Assembly (NCBI GenBank): GCA_951406725.2
Contig: OX597838.1
Location: forward strand, 29,822,001 to 29,886,000
DNA from: Octopus vulgaris
Lineage: Eukaryota
Direction of reading: 5' to 3'
Length of the DNA: 64,000 nt
Below the pieces are notes generated by a model. That model saw only the letters and a program-made list of their open reading frames with translations. It did not search any database and was not told the DNA's origin. Shown here in pieces: positions 1 through 13,189 of the stretch. The position numbers were made by a program, and so were the translations under genes. Positions within the stretch are counted from its first letter, which is position 1. Every line of letters starts with the position of its first letter.

Positions 1-510
1 TATATACATACATATATACACACATATATATATACATACATATATACACACATATATATATACATACATATATACACACATATATATATACATACATGCA
101 TATATATACACACATATATACATACATGCATATATACATACATGCATATATACACACATATATATATATACACACATATATATATACATGCATATATATA
201 CACACACATATATTATATATATACACACAAGATTTTAAAGCACAGTACGCATAGGATATCATGAACACAGATTTATAAATATAGTTATATGCACATGTAT
301 AAATGTCATAATATAGTCCATATACAAATATAGAAACATCTATATATACACACACACAACAATGTATATATATATATGCAACCGTATATAAATAAATACA
401 CACGTAGATTGGGTATATATTTATATTAGTATATATATATAAATACATAAATAAATATTAGTATGTATATTACACTATATGCACGAATACATATATATAT
501 ATATACAGGA
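1..510. repeat. (TA)n/(CATA)/(CA) compound microsatellite
   Basis: Direct reading: alternating TATATACATACA/CACACA units, degenerating after ~230. Confidence 0.9.
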
Positions 511-829
511 ATATAAAACTATGTTTCTGAAAATAAGATAATGATGATGATGATGAGGAGTTGATGAAGAGAGAAGCAAAATGAAATGAGGAGATTTTAA
601 GAGAGGAAAAACAAAGGTGATCTATTTATGAAAGAAAGAGGAAATAACCTTAATCGAAGCACGCCAAAACCATGGTTATTTTCGCCAAAGAAATCACCGT
701 CGCACTTGCTGCTGCTGTAACACACCTCGCTTTTTCTTTTCATATGGTCTTACGTTCCCCTCTCTATCTATCCATCTGTCTATCACTTTCTCACTCGGTT
801 CGTCTCAGTCTCTGTCTTTCTCCTTAACT

Positions 830-2200
830 CTCTATCACTTCTCCTCCTTCTCTGCTTCCTATCTATCAACGACTTCTCCCCGTTCTCTCTTTACTGTCTA
901 TCTATCACTTCTACTCTTGCTTACATTACTATCTGTCTATGACTTCTCCTCCTTCTCTCTTTACTGTATCTATTACTTCTACTCTTCCTTTCTTTACTGT
1001 CTATCTATTACTCATACTCCTTCTCTCCTTATTATCTATCTATCACTTCTACTCTTGCTTACTGTCTATCTATAACTTCTACTCTTCCTTTCTTTACTGT
1101 CTATCTATTACTCATACTCCTTCTCTCTTTATTATCTATCTATCACTTCTACTCTTGCTTACTTTACTTTCTATCTATTACTCATACTCCTTCTCTCTTT
1201 ACTGTGTATCTATCACTTCTACTCTTCCTTACTTTACTGTCTATCTACGACTTCTCCTCCTTCTCTCTTTACTATATCTATTACTTCTACTCTTCCTTTC
1301 TTTACTGTCTATCTATTACTCATACTCCTTCTCTCTTTATTATCTATCTATCACTTCTACTCTTGCTTACTTTACTTTCTAACTATGACTTCTCCTCCTT
1401 CTCTCTTTATTATCTATCTATCACTTCTACTCTTGCTTACTTTACTTTCTATCTATGACTTCTCCTCCTTCTCTCTTTACTGTACCTATCATTTCTACTC
1501 TTCCTTTCTTTACTGTCTATCTATTACTCATACTCCTTCTCTCGTTATTATCTATCTATCACTTCTACTCTTGCTTACTTTACTTTCTATCTATGACTTC
1601 TCCTCCTTCTCTCTTTACTGTATCTATTACTTCTACTCTTCGTTTCTTTACTGTCTATCTATTACTCATACTCCTTCTCTTTTTACTGTCTATCTATCAC
1701 TTCTACTCTTCCTTACTTTACTTTCTATCTATGACTTCTCCTCCTTCTCTCTTTACTGTATCTATTACTTCTACTCTTCCTTTCTTTACTGTCTATCTAT
1801 TACTCATACTCCTTCTCCCTTTATTATCTATCTATTACTTCTACTCCTCTTTTACTATTCATCAGTTACATTCACTCCTTCCCTCTCTACTTGCTATCTA
1901 TTAATGCTACTCCTGTTTTCTTTACTATCTATCTATTACTAGTCCTCCTCTGTTTATTATCTATTCCTTCTACTCCTCCTTCTCTCTTTACTATCTATAC
2001 CTCTCTTCCCTCTTTCTCTATTATCTGCGACCGCTCTTCCTTCTCTATTACTATCTATCTATCTATTACTTCTCCTCCTCCTTCTCTCTTTACTCTCTCT
2101 CTATTACTAGTCCTCCTTCTTTCTTTACTATCTATCTAATACGACTTCTTTCTTTTTACTGTCTATCTCTTACTTCGCTCTCACTTTACAAATCTCTTAC
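830..2200. repeat. Pyrimidine-rich ~33-35-bp minisatellite with a 138-bp higher-order period
   Basis: Monomers CTATCTAT(C/G/T)ACTTCT...CTTTACTGT. The variant CTATCTATCACTTCTACTCTT recurs at 1414, 1552 and 1690 (138-bp spacing). Confidence 0.9.
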
Positions 2201-4045
2201 TTCTCTTCCGTCTCCCTATTATCTATCTATCTATCTATCACTTCTCCTCTCTCAATAATATCTATTTGTCACTTCTCTCTCTCTCTCTACAAATTACTGC
2301 ATTTCGCTGTTTATAATCTATCTATTAGTTTCCCTCCATTTTAGTAACTACCAGTCTAACACTTGCTTTACCGTCTATTATTACTCATCCTTCTCTCTTC
2401 ACTTTTTCCTCCTTCATCCTAATCTATTACTTCTTCTTTACTGTCTCTCTCCATCACTTCTCCTCTCTTTACTATCTTCCATTACTTTCTCAATTTCTTT
2501 ATATATATATATATATATCTTTCTCTTACTTTTCTCATCAATGGCTTGTGGGGGACGCGGTATTTCGTTATGCAACCATAATATACCATAAAGTATTTTA
2601 AACGTCAACAAATAATCATTTTTCTCAGTATTTCTATTTATACATGTTCTATCCGTCTCTTCTCTATTATCTATTAACCCCCCCCCCTCTTTCTCTCTTA
2701 TCTATCAATTGGGTCTCCTGTTCACTATGAACTACCATCCTTGTTCTCTTTATACTTACTATCTATCTATTACTTACTTCTCCCCCTCATACTTGACTTA
2801 TTATTTCTATCTCTCTCCCTCTCTCTTTAGCTTTGATTACTATCTATCTATTACTTCTCCCCCTCATACTTAAGTTATTATTTCTATCTCTCTCCCTCTC
2901 TCTTTAGCTTTGATTACTACCTATCTATTACACTTTGTATCTCTCTCTCTCTCTCTCGCCTTCTCTATATGTTTATTAATCTATTATTCTTCCCACCATC
3001 CTCTCTCTATGTTTACTATTTATCTATTATTTTAATACCTCTCTCCCTTCCTCCTTCTATGCTTACTATCTATTTATTACTTTTTCCTTCTATATAACTT
3101 TCTCTCTTTCTCCTTGTATTTATCATCACTCTTTCTCCTCTCTTCCTTTTCCTCTCTATTTCATTTCCTCTCTTCCTTCCCCTCTCTATTTCTCTCCCTA
3201 TTGCTCCCTTCGTCGCTCTCTATTTTCCTTCATCCTTCTCTCTCGCATTTCTTCGACCTCTTCCTTTCCTCCCTCCTTCAATCGCGACTGCAATGACATT
3301 AGTAGCGTTAACACTTCCGGTCTTCCATCAATTGTGCATTCTCCTTGGCATCCGGACGAACATGTATAATAATAATGTATTTCTAACATGGACACAACAC
3401 CGAACATTTGGAGGGAGGAGGTGTAGTCGAGAAAATGAACTGTCACGTTTTGACTGGGTCTTTATGAACCCCAGAGAGATTAAAAAGACGAAGTCACCCT
3501 CAGCAGGAATTGAACCTCGAAAGTAAAGGGACATAACTAAAGGCCGCAAGATATTTGGTCTGTCGCTCTACTGACTCTACTATTAATATAATAGCAGACG
3601 GTCATATGTAACAGCGGGAAGCGATACAATTACTGGAGCGTCTGCGCAATCTACTAAAAATAGCAGCCAAATCACCCCTTTTTTTTTTATCACACCTCAC
3701 TATCTTAAAAATAAAGGAAGGGCTCATTAGATAAGTTAGTTCTTCATACCTCTTCAAAGGTGGGATGGTCACGGCTGGAGTGCTTTTCATCAAGAGGTTT
3801 GCTCATTCAAGGTTGACTTGGGGGTTAAACAAAAAAAAAACAACATATTTCTCTTTAGATCCCTGGAGGATGAAAGATGTAGCCGACCTCAGCAGGATCA
3901 GAACTCAGAACGTTATGAGGTTGAATTTGGCAAAGCCATTAATGTTTTGTATTATTTAGTCACAGCCCTTTACGCCTCGAGTTCAAATCCGGTCAGGGTC
4001 ATCCTTTTGGGGGCTAATATAATACATACATACATACATACATCA

Positions 4046-4190
4046 GGCGTGGTGGCTGTGTGGTAAACAATTTGCTTCCCAACCACATGGTTCCAGGTTC
4101 AGTCCCACTGCGTGGCACCTTGGGCATGTGTCTTGGGCCAACCAAGGCTTTCTGAGTAGATTTGGTAGACGGAAACTGAAAGAAACCTGT
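4046..4190 (+). mobile_element. CORE-type tRNA-derived SINE, 5' part
   Basis: GGCTGTGTGG (A box) ... GGTTCAGTCCC (B box) ... GCACCTTGGGCA (CORE-like). Confidence 0.8.
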
Positions 4191-4203
4191 GTGTGTGTGT
4201 AAA

Positions 4204-4485
4204 TGGAAGCGCAAGGGCCCAGTGGTTAGGACAGCGGACACGCAGTCGTAGGATTACGGTTTTGATTCCCAGACCGGGTGTTGTGAGTGTTTATTGAGGC
4301 TCCAGCAGGGGGTGGTGGCAATCTCTGCTGTACTCTTTCGCCACAACTTCCTCTCACTCTTTCTTCTGTTGGCCTGCTCGCTTAGCCTAAGGGGAGGTGT
4401 CATTTGAAGGTTAAAACAATGCGAAGCGCATTGTGACCAGCGATGTCTAGCAACACCTGATAGCCTGGTCTGTCACAGTGATCAC
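4204..4485 (+). mobile_element. tRNA-derived SINE (family of 28674 and 53337, divergent tail)
   Basis: GGCCCAGTGGTTAGG...GGTTTTGATTCCCAGACCGGG head shared with 28674-29059. Confidence 0.75.
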
Positions 4486-4705
4486 GATGATATATATATA
4501 TATATATATGTGTGTTGCCTAACACTCCATTATATAATGCCATATGAAACCGATTGGTAAGACCAGCCACGATGGGTAATTAATATTATAAAATTCAGAC
4601 AATATACCCACTCTACTGACAGTTATATGAATGCATCTTCTCCTTGATTTATGGTCTTTCTTAGATGACTCACGCACGTATATATAGGTGTGTGTGTGTG
4701 TGTGT

Positions 4706-5295
4706 GAAGGCACATGGTTCAGTGGTTAGAGCGTCGAGCTTGCGATTGCGAGGTTGTGAGTTTGATTTCCGGACCGAGCTGTGTGTTGTGTTCTTGAGCA
4801 AGACACTTTATTTCCTCGTTGCTCCAGTTCACTCAGCTGTTGAAAAGAGTTGTGATGTCTCTGGTGCCAAGCTGTATTGGCCCCATTGCCTTTCCTTTGG
4901 ATAACATCATTGGTGTGGAGAGAGGAGGCTGGTATGCATGGGTGATAAAGGCGGCGAGCTGGCAGAATCGTTAGCACGCCGGGCGAAATCCTTAGTGGTA
5001 TTTCGTCTGCCGTTACGTTGTGAGTTCAAATTCCGCCGAGGTCGACTTTGCCTTTCATCCTTTCGGGGTCGATAAATTAAGTACCAGTTACGCACGGGGT
5101 TGATGTAATCGACTTAATACCTATGTCTGTCCTTGTTTGTCCCCTCTATGTTTAGCCCCTTGTGGGTAATAAAGAAATAGGTATGCATGGGTGATTGCTG
5201 GTCTTCCACAAATCAACCTTGCCCAGACTTGTGCTTCCAAAGGGAACTTTCTTGGTGCAATCTCATGGTCATTCATGACCGAAAGGGATCTTTAT
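4706..5295 (+). mobile_element. Older tRNA-derived SINE (TTGAGCAAGACACTT core) interrupted by a younger SINE
   Basis: tRNA-like head. Related copies near 13690-13890 (+) and 55400-56095, 58075-58395, 59660-59775 (-). Confidence 0.7.
4947..5179 (+). mobile_element. Young SINE with Meta-like domain (GCCTTTCATCCTTTCGGGGTCGATAAA) and 16-bp TSD
   Basis: TSD GGTATGCATGGGTGAT at 4931-4946 and 5180-5195. Confidence 0.85.
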
Positions 5296-5839
5296 ACTTT
5301 AACCCTTTTTTATTATTTAACAGCTTTATATTAATTTATTGTTAGCATCTTTAAAAATCAAGCATAAAGAAAATATAACTTCCAAGAACAGTGAGAATAA
5401 TGGTAAAGAATTCCATTCCCTCCATCTCTTTTCTCCCACTGACTATTCCTGGAAGGGTCATGGGAGTAGACACCCCAGACACCTCTTTCGTAAGATCCTA
5501 TCAGAAGCAACTGTCGTTACATTTTCTGGATGGGTTTCCAAGCATGACCAACCAAGATTATCAATATTATCCAACCAGGCACAGATGTGACTGTGAAGTA
5601 AGAAGTTTGCTTCCTGACCGCCTGGTTCTGAGTTCGGTCCCACTGCATGGCGCCTTGGACGAATGTCTTTTACCATAGCCATGACCCAACCAAAGCTTTC
5701 TGAGAGGATTTGGTAGAAACAAACTGAAAGAAGCCAATCTTAAGAATAAGAAATGTGCTGAGGTCAATTCATTCATCTAAAAATTCTTCAAGGTGGTGCC
5801 CCAGCATGGCCACAGTCTAATGACTGAACCTAATACATA

Positions 5840-6222
5840 CAGGAGTGGCTGTGTGGTAAGTAGCTTGTTTACCAACCACATGGTTCCGGGTTCAGTCCCA
5901 AGTGTCTTCTACTATAGCCTCGGGCCGACCAAAACCTTGTGAGTGGATTTGGTAGACGGAAACTGAAAGAAGCCTATCGTATATATGTATATATATATAT
6001 ATATGTGTGTGTGTGTATGTTTGTGTGTCTGTGTTTGTCCCGCTAGCATTGCTTGACAACCGATGCTGGTGTGTTTAGATCCCTGTCACTTAGCGGTTCA
6101 GCAAAAGAGACCGATTGAATAAGTACTGGCTTACAAAGAATAAGTCCCGGGGTTGAGTTGCTCGATTAAAGGCGGTGCTCCAGCATGGCCACAGTCAACT
6201 GACTGAAACAAGTAAAAGAGTA
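5840..6222 (+). mobile_element. Near full-length CORE-type SINE
   Basis: Head GGAGTGGCTGTGTGGTAAG, internal (TA)/(TG) tract, tail GGCGGTGCTCCAGCATGGCC...ACAAGTAAAAGAGTA. Confidence 0.9.
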
Positions 6223-7479
6223 AAGCGTAAAAGTGTATACAGTTGTCTCAGCTGGAAGAATCTGTCTTGCAATTCAAAGAATTCTTCAACCGAAAACATT
6301 TTTTATTTCAATTTCTCTGGAAATCCTGAAATTTTCTTCACATCTTTAAAATACCAGAAAACACTTTTTGCTTTTATTTATTTATATATTTTGTTTTTGT
6401 TAAGGTCATGATCATTATTATTATTCTTCATTTTAACATCCACTTTTCTATGCTTGCATGGGTCAGATGGGATTTGTTGAGACAGATTTCCTACGGCTGG
6501 ATGCCCTGTCTGTCACCGACAGCAGAGCAGCAATCTGAAGGTGGACTTAGCGTATTTCTCCCGTGGTCAGACATTTTTTTCCTTGGCCAACTTGAAACAA
6601 ACAACATTGTTTGTATGACATTGGCTCTCAATTACAATTATCATGTGGTGTCTAAACATAGAGACACAAATACAAAAACACACACACATACCTACATACA
6701 AACATACATACATACATACATACATGGTGGCCACCTCCTTGTTATCGAGTATGGCCATTGCACGAAGCTTAATCAATGTTGCTATCGTGCAATGCCTGTG
6801 CAAGAAGATTTTTTTAAAGTGAGGAAAGGCTGTGCACTGAGTCAATCCCACTCACTAAGCAACAGCAGCCATAATCCGAAAAGAAGAACAAGTCAACATC
6901 ATCGGAAACCACTGAGCCTGCAGGTTTTATGTCGGAGTTATCCCAGTTACCTGAGTTACCTTCTCCTAGAAGGATGCCCTAACAAAGGCGAGGAGTCCTT
7001 CACTCCCAATGGTTTAACCGCGCGACCGGGTATTCAGTCCGATTATTTCTATGTCCCGCGCATGATACAGCCTTAAGACATTTATTGGATGACCGTTGAC
7101 TCTCAAGATTTCCTCCGCTCTTTGATAGCTTTTGTTTTTCATCCCGCAGGGTGTCCAATAAACACCCTCCTCACCAAGCAAGCTTGGTGGGGTTGACGGT
7201 TTAGTTGCCGACGAATAGACCATGCAACAGGTTGTACTGGGTTACATGTTACCAGTAGCACTCGAAAATGACCTGACCTACACATACATACATACATACA
7301 TACATACATCGCAAAACCAGAAAGGAGAAAGCTAATTCAAAGACTACAGATACAATCCATCAATGGAACTGTAAAAATCTGTAAAACTTTCCAGAAGTTT
7401 ATCATTCAAATATATATGAGCATGTCTAGATATGCAACTATATGCATGAAAATACATAATTAAAACAAAACATACAAAT

Positions 7480-7730
7480 CTGCAAATATACATACATACA
7501 AGCATACATCCATCCATCCATACATAAATACATACATACATACATACATACATACATACATGAATAAATACATACATACATAAATACATACATACATACA
7601 TACATACATAAATACATACATACATACATACATACATACATACATACATACATACATACATACATACATACATACATACATACATACATACATACATACA
7701 CACATACATACATATATACATACATACATA
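7480..7730. repeat. (TACA)n microsatellite
   Basis: Direct reading. Confidence 0.95.
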
Positions 7731-8777
7731 CCCTGTTGATGTTGAAATTCCACTGAAAGAGCCTTGTATCTAGGTCAGAATCCACCTTTTTTTTACTATT
7801 GGCAAGAAATCGTGAAATAAAACTGAATAATGACAAACATACATACATACATACATACATACATATGACAGAAGTAAATAGACACCCCATAAAACGTTTT
7901 ATGTTGTTTTTTTTTAAATTGTAAAGGTTTATATTTTTTATTAATTGAAATTTTTATGTTTCAAGTTCTATATGTGACTGTTTAATCATGCCACATACAA
8001 CAGAAGCCTTGGAACTGTCTGAATTTGAGTCAATCTGAAGGTGGACTTAGCGTAAAATCACAGAAAACCTTGAGATCCTGCTTTCTACAGTTAATAGAAT
8101 GATTGTGCAATTCAGCAGATAGGGAAAAGAGTCCATATCACCTCACCCAGGTTGACCAGGGCTCTCTGACAGGACCCTTCACTTTATTAAGAGAAGTGTG
8201 GGGGATAATCCTTGTTGCAAGGCGTCTGACATAGCAGAACACATTGATATCAGTCCCAGAACAGCTGTCAGGTATCTCCACAGATTTGGTTACTATGGCA
8301 GAGCAGCAGGAAGGAAGCCACTTCTATGACCAGCCAACATCAAGTGGAGAAAAGATTGGGCCAGTGAGATGGTTGGAGAGGCCACTTGCATTTTGGAACA
8401 CTGTCATATTCTCTCCAATGAGTCCAGATTTGCTGTATTTTACTGATGGTGGTCAAGTGTGGGTCTGGAGACTCTGTGATCAAGAATGTGATGTGAAAAG
8501 ATTGCAGCCAACAATGAAACACAGCAGATATTCTGCAATGGTCTGGGGAGCAATTTGGAGCAATGGTTGACCAGAGATGGTGGAGTGTGAGGGAAACATA
8601 AACTCAGATAAATATATGTGCATTTTGCAGAAAGGACTCCTTCCAATCTTGATTGGAAGACTCTTTATTTATGGGAAATGGGGCTCCTTGTCACATGGCT
8701 AAAATGACTCAAGTTTTGTTGGATGAGGTTCCGTGACCAAGCCAGTCACCAGATATGAACCCTATTTTTTTGTTTTT

Positions 8778-9170
8778 TTTACTTGTTTCAGTCATTTTGA
8801 CTGCGGCCATGCTGGAGCACCGCCTTTAATCGAGCAACTCGACCCCGGGACTTATTCTTTGTAAGCCCAGTACGTATTCTATCGGTCTCTTTTGCCGAAC
8901 TGCTAAGTGACGGGGACATAAACACACCAGCATCGGTTGTCAAGCAATGCTAGGGGGACAAACACAGATACACAAATATACACACACATACATATATATA
9001 TATACATATATATGACGGGCTTCTTTCAGTTTCCATCTACCAAATCCACTCACAAGGCTTTGGTCGGCCCGAGGCTATAGTAGAAGACGCTTGCCCAAGG
9101 TGCCACGTAGTGGGACTGAACCCGGAACCATGTGGTTGGTAAACAAGCTACTTACCACACAGCCACTCCT
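8778..9170 (-). mobile_element. CORE-type SINE inserted in the Tc1 SPDMNPIE motif
   Basis: Reverse complement of the 5840 family; splits AACCCTATT / CTATTGAACAC. Confidence 0.9.
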
Positions 9171-9390
9171 GAGTCTATTGAACACTTCTGGGGCATAATG
9201 GACAGGACACTCCATAAAAAGAACAAGAAAGCATCTTGAAAGCCAGACCTTTTGAGATTACTGCATGAAACTTGGCAAGAAATTCCTCGAGAGAATATTC
9301 GTCATCTGATCAGTAACAGGCCTAATAGGGTCCTTGCATTGAAAAATGCAAAGGGCATGTCTACTAAATATTAGATATTAACGTTATTAA

Positions 9391-9611
9391 CCCTTTCGTT
9401 ACCAACCCGGCTGAAACCGGCTCTGGCTTTTTAGTATAAATGTCTTGTTTTTATAAGTTTTGAATTCAAATCTTCCACCAAATCTTAGTCACAATTTATG
9501 TTCCTAACACTAGCTTAATGATAACGATGTTATTTTACTAAATTCTTTGATATATTTAAAATAATTGGAAGAAACACAGAGCATCTCAATAGAAATACAG
9601 TAACGAAAGGG
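9391..9611. mobile_element. piggyBac-like MITE
   Basis: TTAA at 9387-9390 and 9612-9615; TIR CCCTTTCGTTAC / GTAACGAAAGGG. Confidence 0.85.
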
Positions 9612-9675
9612 TTAATAAATAGTTTGAGTGTAGAATTTCAGATTTAAATAAATTTTAATGATTTACTACTGTCTA

Positions 9676-9714
<39 letters not shown>

Positions 9715-9874
9715 AGCATTTAGCAGAAGCAACAAAGTGACTCAAAGGCTGTAGTTTCCTGCATTGGCACTTACCAAACATTTTGATAAGCGTCGACACA
9801 CAAAATTCTAGACTCTTGAGTCACTCTGTGGCTTCTGCTAAACACGAGAGAGAGAGGGAGGGGGAGGGAGGGAG

Positions 9875-9876
9875 AC

Positions 9877-9955
<79 letters not shown>

Positions 9956-10041
9956 CAGACAGATAGATAGACAGATATAGATAGATAGATAGGTGGATAG
10001 ACAGATAGATTGACAGATAGATATAGATAGATAGATAAACG

Positions 10042-10123
<82 letters not shown>

Positions 10124-10170
10124 CAGATAGATAGATAGATAAACGGATAGATAGATAGATAGATAGAGAG
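9875..10170. repeat. (GATA)n microsatellite
   Basis: Direct reading. Confidence 0.95.
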
Positions 10171-10754
10171 AGACAGACAGACAGACTGACTGATGGTCAA
10201 ACAGATAGACAGACAGACAGGCCGACAGATGGACAGACAGATACACACACACACACATACACACATGCACATTTACATATATATAAATATACTGTAGAAA
10301 CATTGCCAGATAAGACTGGAGCCTGGTGCAGCCTTCTGGCTTCCCAGATCCCCGGTCGAACCGTCCAACCCATGCTAGCATGGAGAACGGACGTTAAACG
10401 ATGATGATGATACTCATTAATTAATCTGAATTATTTATCATTCCAGTCTCACAGATAATACAAATATTGTGTCTATAATAGATTGTGTCTTTGATGTTGT
10501 TCCATACTTCATTTGTCAATTGTCTTACAAATAATCTATTACGTACAATCAATTATACATAACAAGGACATGATCTGGCAGTCTGTCACATGCACATGCA
10601 CAGGCACACACACACACACACATATATACATACATGCATCCATCCATCCATCTATCCATCCATACATACATACATGTTCACACACAAATAGTTGATTTCA
10701 TTGATCCCAACATTCTTTCTGCTTACATAGCACTCTCTCTCTCTCTCTCTGAAT

Positions 10755-11340
10755 CATCATCATCATCATCATCATCATCATTTAGCGTCTGTTTTCCATG
10801 CTAGCATGGGTTGGACGGTTCAACTGGGGTCTGTGAAGCCAGAAGGCTTCATCAGGCCCAGTCAGATCTGGCAGTGTTTCTACGGCTGGTTGCCCTTCCT
10901 AACGCCAACCACTCCATGAGTGTAGTGGGTGCTTTTTACGTGCCACCCGCACAGGTGCCAGACAGAGCTGGCAAACGCCCACGAACGGATGGTGCTTTTT
11001 ATGTGCCACCGGCACGAGGCCAGTCGGGGTGGCGCTGGCAACGGTCGCGAATGGATGGTTCTCTTACATGCCACCGGCACTGGTAACACATCTGCAATTT
11101 CCATTGATCGATTTCAATTCTGATCCTCACTTGCCTCAACAGGTCTTCACAAGTAGAGTTTTGTATCCCAAGAAGAGAAGGTATGCATACGTAGGCTGGC
11201 TCCATCCCATGTAGAAGGCCACGGGTTATGGACTCACTTGTCCTGCCGGGTCTTCTCGTGCACAGCACACTTCCAGAGGTCTCAGTCTCTAGTCATTTCC
11301 TCAGTGAGACCTAAAGTTCAAAGGTCGTGCTTCACCACCT
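10755..11340 (-). mobile_element. 5'-truncated RTE-clade LINE (ORF C-terminus, 3' UTR, (ATG)n tail)
   Basis: Minus-strand translation VVKHDL*TLGLTEEMTRD*DLWKCAVHEKTRQDK* resembles an RTE ORF end. 3' UTR GTTGGCGTTAGGAAGGGC and terminal TGATGATG. Confidence 0.75.
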
Positions 11341-11428
11341 ATATATATATATATATATATGGAGTGGAGGGCTGTGTGATAAGAAGCTTGCTTCCCAAGC
11401 ACATGGTTCCAGGTTCAATCCCAGTCTG

Positions 11429-11854
11429 GGATCTTTTCGGTTTGAATGGCAGTTTTTAACATAACTTCCAGGTAACTAAAAAATTTTAAACTTCGTATAC
11501 TGGTAGAATGTGTTTATAAAACATTCTTTTTCTCTTGGCTTTATTGAGAAAATTCTATAGTTTGTAAGATATTTGTTGTTTTCTTTCTTCAGTTTCTGCA
11601 ATTTCAACCAATCAATGACATCCATTGAGGTAAAAAACATTCTGTGCCGTATGAATATGTCCCTCGTTTAAGAAACAGACTGGGTTTATTTACATTTGTG
11701 AAGAAAAAAAGATACCCTTCCCCCCACCTAACCCTAACCAACCCTAACCCTAAAATAGATTGAAATGCAATAGATCAATACTAGGGTCATAATTATGGGT
11801 GACAATTTCATATGACACCGGTAGAAAAAACTGCCGTTCAAACTGAAAAAATCC
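11429..11854. mobile_element. Merlin-like MITE with internal telomere-like repeats, inserted in a SINE head
   Basis: TIR GGATCTTTTCGGTTTGAATGGCAGTTTT / AAAACTGCCGTTCAAACTGAAAAAATCC; 8-bp TSD CCAGTCTG / CCACTCTG; CCCTAA repeats at ~11726-11752. Confidence 0.75.
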
Positions 11855-12299
11855 CCACTCTGTGGTACCTTCTACTGTAGCCTCAGACTGACCAAAGCTT
11901 TGTATGTGGATTGGGTAGACGGAAACTGAAAGAAGCCCCATCATAAAAGAATATTACTGTCATCATCATCATCATCATCATCACCATCATCCTTTATCGT
12001 CCATTTCCCACACTGGCATGGGTTGGACAGTTTGTCCTGAACTGGCAATCAGGAGAGCTGTGTTGGGTTCCTGTCTGATTTGGGTTGGTTTCTTCCTAAC
12101 ATGACCCACCCTTCCTAACATCAACCACTTTACACTGTGCACACTGGGTGCTTGCAATCCAGCACAGGCACGAGTGCATTTCACGTGGCACCAGCACGGG
12201 ATTCTTGCAGATAAGGATTGGGAGAAGAAGTACTCAATACTAATGCAGAGTGTAATAGTTTTATTTAGGTTGATCCGTTGGCCTCTTTCTCTGTGTCTC

Positions 12300-12316
12300 T
12301 ATGTATGTATATATAC

Positions 12317-12413
<97 letters not shown>

Positions 12414-12445
12414 CATGTGTATATATATATATATGTATGTATATA

Positions 12446-12477
<32 letters not shown>

Positions 12478-12478
12478 C

Positions 12479-12558
<80 letters not shown>
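12300..12558. repeat. (TA)n microsatellite
   Basis: Direct reading. Confidence 0.95.
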
Positions 12559-12828
12559 CATCATCATCATCATTTAGCATCCGCTTTCCATGCTAGCATG
12601 GGTTGGACGGTTCAACTGGGGTCTGGGAATCCAGAAGGCTGCACCAGGCCCAGTCTGATCTGGCAATGTTTCTACGGCTGGATGCCCTTCCTAACGCCAA
12701 CCACTCCATGAGTGTAGTGGGTGCTTTTTACGTGCCACCGGCACAGGTGCCAGATGGGTCTGGCAAACAGCCACGGTCGGATGGTGCTTTTTACATGCCA
12801 CCGGCACGGGGGCCAGACGAGGCTGGCA

Positions 12829-12833
<5 letters not shown>
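12558..12833 (-). mobile_element. RTE 3'-end fragment
   Basis: Near-identical to 10775-10990. Other copies at 20835-21052, 22888-23235 and 27940-28100 (-), and 10290-10410 and 47330-47420 (+). Confidence 0.8.
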
Positions 12834-12871
<38 letters not shown>

Positions 12872-13189
12872 TCAGTACACTCTGTAAAGTGTGGTCAGCA
12901 TTAGAGAGGCTATCCAGCCATATAAACCATGCTGAAACGGACATGGAGCCCGGGCACCTTTTCAGATGGCCAGCTCTTGTCAGACCATCCAACTCATGCC
13001 AAACATTGAATGATGTTAAATGATGATGATGATGATGATGATATATATATATATCTTAAAACGAGATTGGGATATTTATGGCGTTTATTTATTCACCATT
13101 CAAGAAAAAACTTTCCAGTTCCTGTTTCCAGTTTTGCTATTATCATTCTGCAGAAAATATTTGCCTGTATTTTTTAAATCTTATACATA

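Larger units (their letters stand above)
7867..9673 (+). mobile_element. Degraded Tc1 transposon with transposase pseudogene (~7988-9373)
   Basis: Frameshifted translation MPHTTEALELSEF...QSEGGLS...STVNR...VIFS/NESRF...MVWGAI...GAPCH...PSQSPDMNP/IEHFW...NAKGMSTKY*. TIR remnants GACAGAAGTAAAT (7867-7879) and ATTTACTACTGTC (9661-9673). Confidence 0.85.

Noticed and set aside
640-760. Possible minus-strand exon (CpG-containing unique patch with weak GT donors)
   Set aside because: No convincing ORF or acceptor/donor pair.
939-2139. Leu/Ser/Tyr-rich ORFs
   Set aside because: They are translations of the pyrimidine-rich minisatellite, open in several frames.
3280-3325. ETS-type motif CACTTCCGGT as a promoter
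   Set aside because: A single short motif with no linked exon could be chance.
6920-7280. Structured GC-richer segment, possibly a LINE UTR with an HDV-like ribozyme
   Set aside because: I could not assign the nested double pseudoknot or a family by eye.
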